From a virus (taxonomy: Duplodnaviria > Caudoviricetes): a stretch of DNA of 64,000 bases. The stretch covers positions 10,261-74,260 of IMG/VR virus record IMGVR_UViG_3300044259_000056. The stretch is one strand, 5' to 3'. The stretch's first letter is position 1; every line of letters starts with the position of its first letter. The notes beneath the pieces were generated by a model, which saw only the letters and a program-made list of their open reading frames with translations, had not been told where the DNA came from and did no database searches. Shown here in pieces: positions 28,787-37,241 of this stretch. A program made the position numbers and the translations under genes.

Positions 28787-30451
28787 TTAATGGTTCTTCT
28801 TATACCATTTATAAAACATCTCTTCATCCTCTGTAATAAATTCAGCAGTAACAGCCATTTTAGTGTGAGGATCATAGTCATCAGCCATCATGGTTTCAAC
28901 ATATTTTGGATCATGTGCTAACATAAAATGGTGTTTAGTCCTGTCTTCAAGTGAGGACATGTCAGAACCACATAATGTATAACCCTTTTCTGAAATAAAT
29001 GACCCACGAATTTCTTCCCCACCTATTTTATCAACACCAACAAGGTTTACAACATTTCGATGTTTTACCCTTAAGGTGTTGGTTAACCCACCAATAGAAG
29101 CTTTAATTCTACCTTTATCATCCATATCCCTTAGTAAGCCTTTAATCACACCTAGGCGATGTTTATAAAGGTTTAAGTTAGAATAGAGGGCAATCTCTGG
29201 AACATCTTCAGCAAGCTTTTCTACACTCTGACAGAGGACTTTGCCGTCTTCTCCACTTATAGTAACTTGTGGGACTTGTCTGGCAATTGGCCTTTCAGGT
29301 TTTGTTCCCCTTCTGCACCCAAGTGCCTTCCATCTTTTCATGTCATCTTGCCAAGCTTGTTCAGCCTCTTTATCTTTTACCTCTTTAAAAGTCTCAGGAA
29401 TCCAACCATGTGAATATAAGAAATTTTTTATTTGTTCTGGTGAGTTTGCATTTGGGTCTTCATAGTTAGTCAGAACTAAAAACTCTTCAATTTCGTCAAC
29501 CTCACGACAGCGCATTTCACCATTAATCTCAACTAGAGGTTCACTCTTTCCTAGTAAAACTCTGGCTGTTCCAACATCATCTTTTGTTGATGACTGATAT
29601 TGTTGTTTAAGTAGCTCCCAAGTTTTACCAGCTTCTGTATACTCACCATTTTGTTTAAAATACTTTTTAGGTTTAGTCTTCTTAGAGTATTTTGGTATTT
29701 TTGGCATAACAGATTCTAATTTATCTTTTAATTCTTTAACTTTATCAGCAAAAAATTTCTCACTGTTATCTAAATGTTCTTTATCCAAAAGGATACCAAT
29801 ATCTTCCTGAATTCTATATGTATCTAACTTAAACATTAAGAAAGATAAAAATCTTTCAATATGTTGGTCTACAGACAAACCTTTTAAAGAGTCTATATAG
29901 AGTTCTTCATTTGGGCTAATTCTTTTTCCACCAACTAATCCAGCATCTATTGCTTCCTTAGATTGGGTGTACATTAAGGTAAGTCTATTCTTGAAGTCTT
30001 CCCAAAGAGCTTTATTTATCTTTACATCTTCTTGACAACGATGTTTATATTCTTCATAGGAAAGATTTTTCCAGTCCTCCACCTTTGGTTTTTCAATACC
30101 ATAATCTTCATGAAAAGAGTCTAAACCATGTTGACTTCTTGTTGTATTAAGGTACCAACTTAAAGCTAATGTATCTATCACCATTAAGTTTGACAAATTC
30201 ATAGAAGTTATTTTTTCTAAGGCCGGAACATCAAACAGAATAAAATTATGACCAACAATAGGGATTTCATTCTCTATGTGCCAACTTAACATATTTTTTA
30301 TTCTTTCAATATCCGCACCATCAATAGAGGAAGGGGAAGATTTCCCTTCCATTTGAAAACTCACAACATGGCATTTTGTCAGTTCATTTAGGAGGCCGTC
30401 TGTTTCAATATCTGAGACAGTCCCCTTCCTCCAATTTTTTATTAACTTCAT
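28787..30451 (-). CDS. DNA polymerase family A, N-terminal part (3'-5' exonuclease through motif A)
   Basis: DIETDG, GHNFILFD, CQEDV exonuclease motifs; TNTLRVKH; GSDMSSLEDR motif A; ends YDPH...KKNH then stop. Confidence 0.92.
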   Translation of the reverse strand: MKLIKNWRKGTVSDIETDGLLNELTKCHVVSFQMEGKSSPSSIDGADIERIKNMLSWHIENEIPIVGHNFILFDVPALEKITSMNLSNLMVIDTLALSWYLNTTRSQHGLDSFHEDYGIEKPKVEDWKNLSYEEYKHRCQEDVKINKALWEDFKNRLTLMYTQSKEAIDAGLVGGKRISPNEELYIDSLKGLSVDQHIERFLSFLMFKLDTYRIQEDIGILLDKEHLDNSEKFFADKVKELKDKLESVMPKIPKYSKKTKPKKYFKQNGEYTEAGKTWELLKQQYQSSTKDDVGTARVLLGKSEPLVEINGEMRCREVDEIEEFLVLTNYEDPNANSPEQIKNFLYSHGWIPETFKEVKDKEAEQAWQDDMKRWKALGCRRGTKPERPIARQVPQVTISGEDGKVLCQSVEKLAEDVPEIALYSNLNLYKHRLGVIKGLLRDMDDKGRIKASIGGLTNTLRVKHRNVVNLVGVDKIGGEEIRGSFISEKGYTLCGSDMSSLEDRTKHHFMLAHDPKYVETMMADDYDPHTKMAVTAEFITEDEEMFYKWYKKNH

Positions 30452-30481
30452 TTGTCCTCCTTAAAGGTGCAACCACAGTAT

Positions 30482-33214
30482 TTAATTAGGCTGTGGTTTT
30501 CCTGAAAAGTAATCATCTAAATCATGACATTTAGCTTTATCAAACTCATAATACCACTTACCCGCAGGGCCAGTCTTACCACCACGACATTTTGGCAAAT
30601 CAACTTCAGTTGTGTTCTTCTCAATCAGGTCATCAGAAAGTTTATCCCGGTTAAGAACAATGTTGTAAGCAGCAGATTGAACAAAACTCCCTGTGCCTAG
30701 GGTATCATACTCAGTAACTTTACGGGGCTTACCTTCAGCGTTCTGAGGTGGTTTACGGGTATGTTGTACATTTACTGTTGTCACACCATTTTTAGCCATA
30801 TTTCTTTGAAAATTCATATGGTCTTCCGCATGTTCTTCACTGCTGCCACGCAATAAATCAGATAATACATCAATAACAAAGAGGCGGCTATCATGTTTTC
30901 TAAACAACATTTCCAACTCTTTTTCTAGATCTTTGATATTACCAGATCGTTCATCAAGAATATAAAATCTTGGTTGCCCATTCTCTTTATAACATAAACT
31001 CTGTTTAATTCTTTGTCCTTCTTCTGTCTTGAGGAAATCTTTAATTTCTTCACTAGACATTTTCCATAGCATATTCATTTCAAGATGGATAGATAACATC
31101 TCTAACATATATTGAGCAGCAGTTGCTTCAAGGCTAACAATAGTAGGAGTAACAGGACTGTTAAATATCCAATGATAAACCATTCTATTCACATGTGTAC
31201 TTTTGCCACAAGAAGTGTCAGCAATAATATTTAGGATTCTGCCTTGGATAATTCCACCACCCATCATATCTTGCATTTTATGCATATAAGCCGGTAATGT
31301 GATACGGGGTTTAGAGAGTTCTTCCTCAATCTCATCAAAACCATCAGCAGCACTTTTCACACCTTCTGGAACATAAGGCTTTGCTGCCCAGAAATCATTT
31401 ATAAATTCTTGCTCTTTATGCAATAATTTCTTTGTGTCATTATCATAGATATATGCATTTGGGTCTTTATAGCGCATTTTCATGACAAAAACTTTTCCTT
31501 TCGGAAGAACTTCATAAATCTTTTCAGCAGCCTCACGTCCTGCTGCATCACTATCCATTGCAACTACAATTTTTTTAAATTGATTAATAAAATCATAGTT
31601 ATTTTGAAGCTGTTTGTATACAGAAGTCTCCCCTGTTGTCCCACTCACAACAGCAATAGGGTCATAGTTTTTGTTTCTCTGTGCATCAGAAAGCATTTGA
31701 TATGCTGCTAGTTGATCTGAGTTACCACAAACTACAACCTTATTATTACGACGAACTAGTAGTTGTCCGTTGGGAACGGTAGCGCAATAAACAAACCCTG
31801 AATAATTTTCTGTTGTTATCTCTACACTCTGAAATGAGGCTGTTTTCTTTGCAAAGGAGATTTTTACTGCGTACCATTCACCTAGGTCATTATTTCTTTT
31901 TCTAACAGAAGCATGGTATCCACTGAGAACAGCAATAGATTGCACTAGGTCTGCTTCATTTTTAAGTTTAGAGTTGAACTCAATACTGTTGCGATCTTTT
32001 ACTAAATTTCCATCCCAATGAACAATCTCTTTCAAAAAGAGGTCTCTTTGCCTAGAATTAAAATCTTTTAACCAAGAATCTGGCAATCCTTTTTTAGTAC
32101 ACCAAGGTTCTAAAGTTACATTGAAAGTATGATAAGAACCTTTAATCCAGTGTTGGTGGTCTTCCTTACTGTATTCAGTGTAATTCATTTTTAAATCATC
32201 TAAAATATTTTTTAGACGTTTAATTTTTCTTTCTTTTTTGAAAGAAAAATGTGCAACTGCTTTACCACTCACCTTATAATCTACTTTAGCATCAGCAGAG
32301 AGTGCAATAATAAACTTAATCTGGTCATCTGTTAAATTAGAGCCTGCAAAAGTATCCTCAAGTTCTGTTGTTTTCCTGAATAGATTAGCTTTAGAAGTTC
32401 CTTCTCCCGCATTGAAGTAAAAATCTTTATTAGTTTTTGGTCTTACTCCTACCATCTTATGATTTGGTGTTACTAACAAAGAGATTTGATTACTCTTAAA
32501 ACTAACCAGATCACCAGAATATTCTTTTTTAATAAGACGGCTAGGTTTCACCCAAGAGGATTTACCCTCTTTCACTTGAAGCACTAAGGTTTTATTATCT
32601 AACTCTGAAAATAATTTAAAACCTTCTTGCGTCATCACCTCTGTTTGATCATCATAACATTCCCCACCAACTAGTAACAAAGTGTTGGTGAAAGTTTTAA
32701 ATCGAAATTGACCAAATAAATCACAATCTTTGCCAGTCTCTCCAATTGGGCCGGGGCTTTTAAAATTCTTTGGATGTGTTCGCTGCTTATAGCCTGAAAT
32801 CTCATAATTCTTAGTTGTTGGATAAAGAGTCCCACAGACTTCTCCGTCTGTTTCATTATACTTATATCTTACACCAAAAAACTTGGAAATTTCTTGTTTA
32901 ATCCCACGATAACCTTTTGGGTCAAGTCCCGTTTGTTCCTTTAATTTCTTATGCACCTCTTCATTAAATTCTGAACCCACAATTTCCTCTTCTTCAAAAT
33001 CTTTATTGTTATCAATAATCCATTGTTCGTCAGGATAGGTATAACCACAGGAGAAACAATATGCTCCTTTATGCAAACCATCTGAATCTAAACCATAGAC
33101 CATGAGATTATCATTGTTTTGGTCAAGACCTTTTGACTGGCATTTAGGGCAACCAATATGCCCTTCTACTGATAGGTCTACCATAGTCCCAAAAAGATTC
33201 TTTGTCTTACCCAA
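30482..33214 (-). CDS. Primase-helicase (T7 gp4-like), intein-containing
   Basis: CPKC/CFSC zinc finger; Toprim MDSDAAG; helicase ADTSCGKST, VIDVLS, GSFVQSA. Confidence 0.92.
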   Translation of the reverse strand: MGKTKNLFGTMVDLSVEGHIGCPKCQSKGLDQNNDNLMVYGLDSDGLHKGAYCFSCGYTYPDEQWIIDNNKDFEEEEIVGSEFNEEVHKKLKEQTGLDPKGYRGIKQEISKFFGVRYKYNETDGEVCGTLYPTTKNYEISGYKQRTHPKNFKSPGPIGETGKDCDLFGQFRFKTFTNTLLLVGGECYDDQTEVMTQEGFKLFSELDNKTLVLQVKEGKSSWVKPSRLIKKEYSGDLVSFKSNQISLLVTPNHKMVGVRPKTNKDFYFNAGEGTSKANLFRKTTELEDTFAGSNLTDDQIKFIIALSADAKVDYKVSGKAVAHFSFKKERKIKRLKNILDDLKMNYTEYSKEDHQHWIKGSYHTFNVTLEPWCTKKGLPDSWLKDFNSRQRDLFLKEIVHWDGNLVKDRNSIEFNSKLKNEADLVQSIAVLSGYHASVRKRNNDLGEWYAVKISFAKKTASFQSVEITTENYSGFVYCATVPNGQLLVRRNNKVVVCGNSDQLAAYQMLSDAQRNKNYDPIAVVSGTTGETSVYKQLQNNYDFINQFKKIVVAMDSDAAGREAAEKIYEVLPKGKVFVMKMRYKDPNAYIYDNDTKKLLHKEQEFINDFWAAKPYVPEGVKSAADGFDEIEEELSKPRITLPAYMHKMQDMMGGGIIQGRILNIIADTSCGKSTHVNRMVYHWIFNSPVTPTIVSLEATAAQYMLEMLSIHLEMNMLWKMSSEEIKDFLKTEEGQRIKQSLCYKENGQPRFYILDERSGNIKDLEKELEMLFRKHDSRLFVIDVLSDLLRGSSEEHAEDHMNFQRNMAKNGVTTVNVQHTRKPPQNAEGKPRKVTEYDTLGTGSFVQSAAYNIVLNRDKLSDDLIEKNTTEVDLPKCRGGKTGPAGKWYYEFDKAKCHDLDDYFSGKPQPN
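31721..32659 (-). mobile_element. Intein (313 aa) with degenerate LAGLIDADG-type endonuclease in the Toprim domain
   Basis: LVGGE|CYDDQTEV ... VVCGN|SDQLAAYQ; EIVHWDG block. Confidence 0.92.
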
Positions 33215-33222
33215 ACAACCTC

Positions 33223-33732
33223 CTAATCCTTAAGTTTATACAAAAAGTTCACATCAATATTTTGTAGAGTAGAAACCATACATTTATTAGATTTATTATA
33301 CTGCAATCCTACTTTAGATAGAATTTTAGTGTCATGAGCAAAGTCTAGATCCCACTTATAGAATCTTAAAGGTAAAATACTTACTGATTCACATATCTTA
33401 AGATACATGCTGTATTTAGGACTAAAGTAAATATTGTTATTGTGAAGTGCTACAGCATCTTCTAGCGAGACTTCCCTCGTTGTGCCAAGAATGTTATCAT
33501 AAGGGTATTTTAAGACAAACCCATGTGCACACAAGGAAGAGAGTTCATTCACGTAGTAAGGTATGTATCCTAATTCTAGCATGAATCGTTTAAGAGATTC
33601 AACCTCAATCTGTAATGACTTAATTGAACCATGTTTTTCTTGCTCAAGCAAGACTTGCTTGGCAATATCATGATTTGTCATCTCAACAATCAAGTCATTC
33701 TCAATATTAAATTGCAAATCTTGTTTCAACAT
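33223..33732 (-). CDS. Hypothetical protein
   Basis: ORF with GGAG SD, coupled to the primase-helicase gene. Confidence 0.65.
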   Translation of the reverse strand: MLKQDLQFNIENDLIVEMTNHDIAKQVLLEQEKHGSIKSLQIEVESLKRFMLELGYIPYYVNELSSLCAHGFVLKYPYDNILGTTREVSLEDAVALHNNNIYFSPKYSMYLKICESVSILPLRFYKWDLDFAHDTKILSKVGLQYNKSNKCMVSTLQNIDVNFLYKLKD

Positions 33733-33844
33733 TTAATCTCCAAATTATTTATGAAATGTTTTTAAATTAATTATAACAAAATTCATTCTCGAGATACCAA
33801 GAATCGTGCTAATTAAAAATTTTCTTAAGTTTCTTGGTGGTTTG

Positions 33845-34009
33845 TCATTTACTAAATAAGGCAGTACCATCAAGAAGAAATTCAACTGAATGTTTACCAA
33901 GTTCTTTACTCATTTTAGAGTGAACATACTCTTGCGTCCTATAAGCATTTGTTCCTTTGCATCCTAACTCTTTAGAAAACTTAATTACTTCAAACACCGC
34001 TGTTTTCAT
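33845..34009 (-). CDS. Small hypothetical protein (54 aa, absent from the track)
   Basis: GAGGT SD then MKTAVFEVIKFSKELG... Confidence 0.55.
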   Translation of the reverse strand: MKTAVFEVIKFSKELGCKGTNAYRTQEYVHSKMSKELGKHSVEFLLDGTALFSK

Positions 34010-34016
34010 TTTAACC

Positions 34017-34394
34017 TCAAACAATATAAGGATAGAATAATACTGGTAAACTACTTAGACCTTTCTCCTTTAGTTGCATTGCTAGCTCATTAGCAAAAGA
34101 CTTCTCAAGTCCCTGATTATAGTGTGCAGCTTGAATAGGTCTTCTTTTTGGAATATTCCACTTCACAATATAACCTGTTCCATAAATATTTACTGGGTCA
34201 TCAATTAATTTCAACTCTTTAAATATATTTTTAAGCTTTCTATGACGTCCAAAGTAAATAATTGTCCAAGCATTACCAATATATCCTTCATCAGGTTGAT
34301 TGTAAGTATCGTTAAATAGTTTGGCAGCAGTTTTTGCTGCTTCATAAGCATCTTTGATATCAGATGTAAGTTTAGTGTTCATTGATTTAGACAT
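34017..34394 (-). CDS. Hypothetical protein
   Basis: Tightly packed minus-strand ORF. Confidence 0.6.
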   Translation of the reverse strand: MSKSMNTKLTSDIKDAYEAAKTAAKLFNDTYNQPDEGYIGNAWTIIYFGRHRKLKNIFKELKLIDDPVNIYGTGYIVKWNIPKRRPIQAAHYNQGLEKSFANELAMQLKEKGLSSLPVLFYPYIV

Positions 34395-34406
34395 AAAGTT
34401 AATTCC

Positions 34407-34793
34407 TTACAATAATGCTCTTTTAAGAAACTTACCATAACCAAGACTTTCTTCTGAATTTGATTCTGTAAGTGAAAAAGTGTCATGACCTTTCTCAACA
34501 AGCAATTTCAAAAAGAAAAATTGTGAATCTTGCCGATAAACACGCTTATCTGGTGTTGTGGAGGAAATAGAAACAGATTCTCCTACTGTATAATAAACTG
34601 TATAATCGTTATAATCATAGATATGGATGTGAATCTCTCCATCTTTTGCATAACAGTGGAATGTGTTTCTTTCACAAGTATATCCGTAGACTAATGTCCC
34701 TTCATATCCTTCTGGAAGTTCATGGTAAGATATTGAATTACCTTTAAATCTAATATCTTGAAGTTCTTTATATTCTTGTTCTGTCATGGTCAT
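34407..34793 (-). CDS. Hypothetical protein
   Basis: GGAGG SD; ATGA-type overlap. Confidence 0.65.
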   Translation of the reverse strand: MTMTEQEYKELQDIRFKGNSISYHELPEGYEGTLVYGYTCERNTFHCYAKDGEIHIHIYDYNDYTVYYTVGESVSISSTTPDKRVYRQDSQFFFLKLLVEKGHDTFSLTESNSEESLGYGKFLKRALL

Positions 34794-35047
34794 TCCTCCC
34801 TTACAGTTATACCCGCATCTTGAAGCCTCTCATTCACTTCGTAGAGGACTTGTTTTGTCGTGTCATAATTGCTCCATGAAGGCAACTCAATAACCAATGA
34901 TGCCCGTCCTGATAGCCACCCTATCCACGCTCCTTGCACCCAGACATCAAGAAACACTTCATCGCCCTCATCATCAATGGTTGTCTCTCTGTTCCATGTA
35001 GGATTTAGCCAATTCAAAAACTCATTTCGCATCCGTTCTGTATTCAT
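34790..35047 (-). CDS. Hypothetical protein, temperate-phage-like (W..W..RASLVIELP)
   Basis: Higher GC than neighbours; motif recalled from lambdoid early proteins. Confidence 0.55.
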   Translation of the reverse strand: MNTERMRNEFLNWLNPTWNRETTIDDEGDEVFLDVWVQGAWIGWLSGRASLVIELPSWSNYDTTKQVLYEVNERLQDAGITVREE

Positions 35048-35050
35048 AAT

Positions 35051-35374
35051 TTAGACCTTAATTTTAACCTGATTTTCTTTTAGGAATAACATAGCATAAG
35101 TATCGCAGTCATCAACCACAGAAGCTAAGAGGAAATCACTATCCTCATAGATTATTCTATATAGTTTCGCAGTATATGTCTCACCATCACCGTTAAATAA
35201 GTCAGTTTGATTATTCTGCAAATTGTAAGAAATATCATACTTATGGTCAGACCAAATATTTTCACACAGTATAAAGTCTAGACCAAATTCTTGATTAAGT
35301 CCGTTAAATTTTTTGTGCATCTTAACAGCAATCTTTAAAGCTTCATTAGGTGTAACTTTACGAGGTATATTCAT
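35051..35374 (-). CDS. Hypothetical protein
   Basis: GAGGAGG SD before ATG 35374. Confidence 0.6.
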   Translation of the reverse strand: MNIPRKVTPNEALKIAVKMHKKFNGLNQEFGLDFILCENIWSDHKYDISYNLQNNQTDLFNGDGETYTAKLYRIIYEDSDFLLASVVDDCDTYAMLFLKENQVKIKV

Positions 35375-35786
35375 TTTTAACCTCCTCTTCAATACGTTGA
35401 TTAATAATATCTTTTACAAGATGAAATCCAAATTTTATAAAAAGACAACAAAAGAAATAAGCAATCCCTGTAATAATTAAACCATTATAAGCTGACAGCA
35501 GAGTTACTACCACTACTTTAACCCAATTAATAACACTATGAATATATGACTTATTATCCAAATTAAAATTTTCTTTAACTCTATTCAGTGAATCCCTATC
35601 AATAGAGACAGAACCAATAAGTGCAAACATTACAACTCCAAGCCCAAGTAAAGCTATTACCCACAACATTACTAAAGAGATCTTCAACAATTCACTTAAA
35701 TTAGGATAAATGAGCGGTAATACCAGAGTTGCAAGAGTTGTCGTATAATAAATATGACCTAAAATGGGATTCAACTTTTTATTCAT
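35358..35786 (-). CDS. Membrane protein
   Basis: 3-4 hydrophobic segments; GAGGAG SD. Confidence 0.6.
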   Translation of the reverse strand: MNKKLNPILGHIYYTTTLATLVLPLIYPNLSELLKISLVMLWVIALLGLGVVMFALIGSVSIDRDSLNRVKENFNLDNKSYIHSVINWVKVVVVTLLSAYNGLIITGIAYFFCCLFIKFGFHLVKDIINQRIEEEVKNEYTS

Positions 35787-36180
35787 GTTTATTCTCCTCA
35801 ATTTGTTGCTTAAATATAGTCAATTGTTTATTTGCATCTTCTTCTGTTTCATAATATGCAAGAATAACACCTTCATCATAATCTTTTGCAAAAATTGCAT
35901 ACCGACACAAATCTCCATAGAAAGGAAGTGCATGAAGACTGCCTTCAAAATCTTCTATTACAACCTCTAATTCTGTATAATCTGCATCTTTACCCATTGG
36001 TAGCATATTGTTCCCATATCTACGTAAAGGAAAGACATCATCTTCACAAGACAAACGAATAGCTTGGCCTTCAATAATACTTAAGCATGTCTTAAGTTCA
36101 GGACAGAAGCCATATCGGCGGACAAAACTACCTAGTTTGTAAATGAGATGACAGTCTAAATTGATTTTTAATTCATCCAT
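35779..36180 (-). CDS. Hypothetical protein
   Basis: Packed ORF downstream of rIIB. Confidence 0.6.
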   Translation of the reverse strand: MDELKINLDCHLIYKLGSFVRRYGFCPELKTCLSIIEGQAIRLSCEDDVFPLRRYGNNMLPMGKDADYTELEVVIEDFEGSLHALPFYGDLCRYAIFAKDYDEGVILAYYETEEDANKQLTIFKQQIEENKHE

Positions 36181-36182
36181 AA

Positions 36183-37241
36183 TTAATTCTCAATAATTTC
36201 TTTAGACAAGATTTTACCCATTTTGCCAACTGTAACTTTAATATTGAGTTGACCATAAATTTCTTTAGGTGCATCAATACTTCCAGATTTAATTTTATAT
36301 TCACAGCAACGACATTTCATATCATCGTGATCTTTTGGAATAGAAACTAAATCCTTTGGATTTAAGACAACTTTCATAATATTCTGCTCACCTTTTACAT
36401 AACCATAAGAGGCAACATGAAGGCCATCTGAACATGTTTGTGTTGGGTCTTCTGTTACTAGTTCTCGTGGCATAGCAATAGTCCAGTTGTTATATTGTGG
36501 GATATTTTCAGTATAACTGTCAACAGGAACACCATCTTTATAAGAAAAATACTTCCAAGCTTCAATATCACCATCTTCTGTAATTTCTAAATCATTGTGT
36601 GTGAGAAAATCATAAGTCATCTCAATAGCATCTTTAGAAGGATTTTGATGAAGTTTTCTAAAGAAATTAATGAACTTAATTACTTTGCCACCTTTCTTCT
36701 GAGACTCTTCAATAATCCTCTCTGTCAGACTGCTTCGAATTTCTTCACCATTATAATAAAGAATGCCATTAGCTATGGTGATATCTGTTCCAAAAGTTAA
36801 AGATTTAACAGCATTTGAAACTTCAACCCACTTCATCATTTCTTCAAAATCACCTTTAATAGCAAGGTCAGCAACTTTACTAAACTCTTCCTTGTTATTA
36901 GGAACAACATGTTGTCGTCCATCACTCAGACAGATAAGCACTTGGTCTTTTGTGATAGTATATTTTGTTTTGCTATAGTCAATATCAGTTGTGATTTTCT
37001 TGTTAACTGCATATGTAAAATCTTTTGAAAACATATCAACAAAATATTTATTTGTTGTAAAGAGAATCCAGTTTTTAGTGTTAGGTGATGAGACATTAGC
37101 ACCATATTTCCAACTCACTTCAATATAATTTTTCTTAAAAGCCCTTGCTGCTTGTCTTGTTTCAAAACAGAAATCCCATCCTGACTGTTCATTACCAACC
37201 AAGACAATTTTACCATAATAATTACTGTTATAGACTTTCAT
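36183..37241 (-). CDS. rIIB: rIIB-like protein
   Basis: FLTHNDLEITEDG, CSDGLHV, KCRCCEY motifs; directly follows rIIA. Confidence 0.85.
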   Translation of the reverse strand: MKVYNSNYYGKIVLVGNEQSGWDFCFETRQAARAFKKNYIEVSWKYGANVSSPNTKNWILFTTNKYFVDMFSKDFTYAVNKKITTDIDYSKTKYTITKDQVLICLSDGRQHVVPNNKEEFSKVADLAIKGDFEEMMKWVEVSNAVKSLTFGTDITIANGILYYNGEEIRSSLTERIIEESQKKGGKVIKFINFFRKLHQNPSKDAIEMTYDFLTHNDLEITEDGDIEAWKYFSYKDGVPVDSYTENIPQYNNWTIAMPRELVTEDPTQTCSDGLHVASYGYVKGEQNIMKVVLNPKDLVSIPKDHDDMKCRCCEYKIKSGSIDAPKEIYGQLNIKVTVGKMGKILSKEIIEN

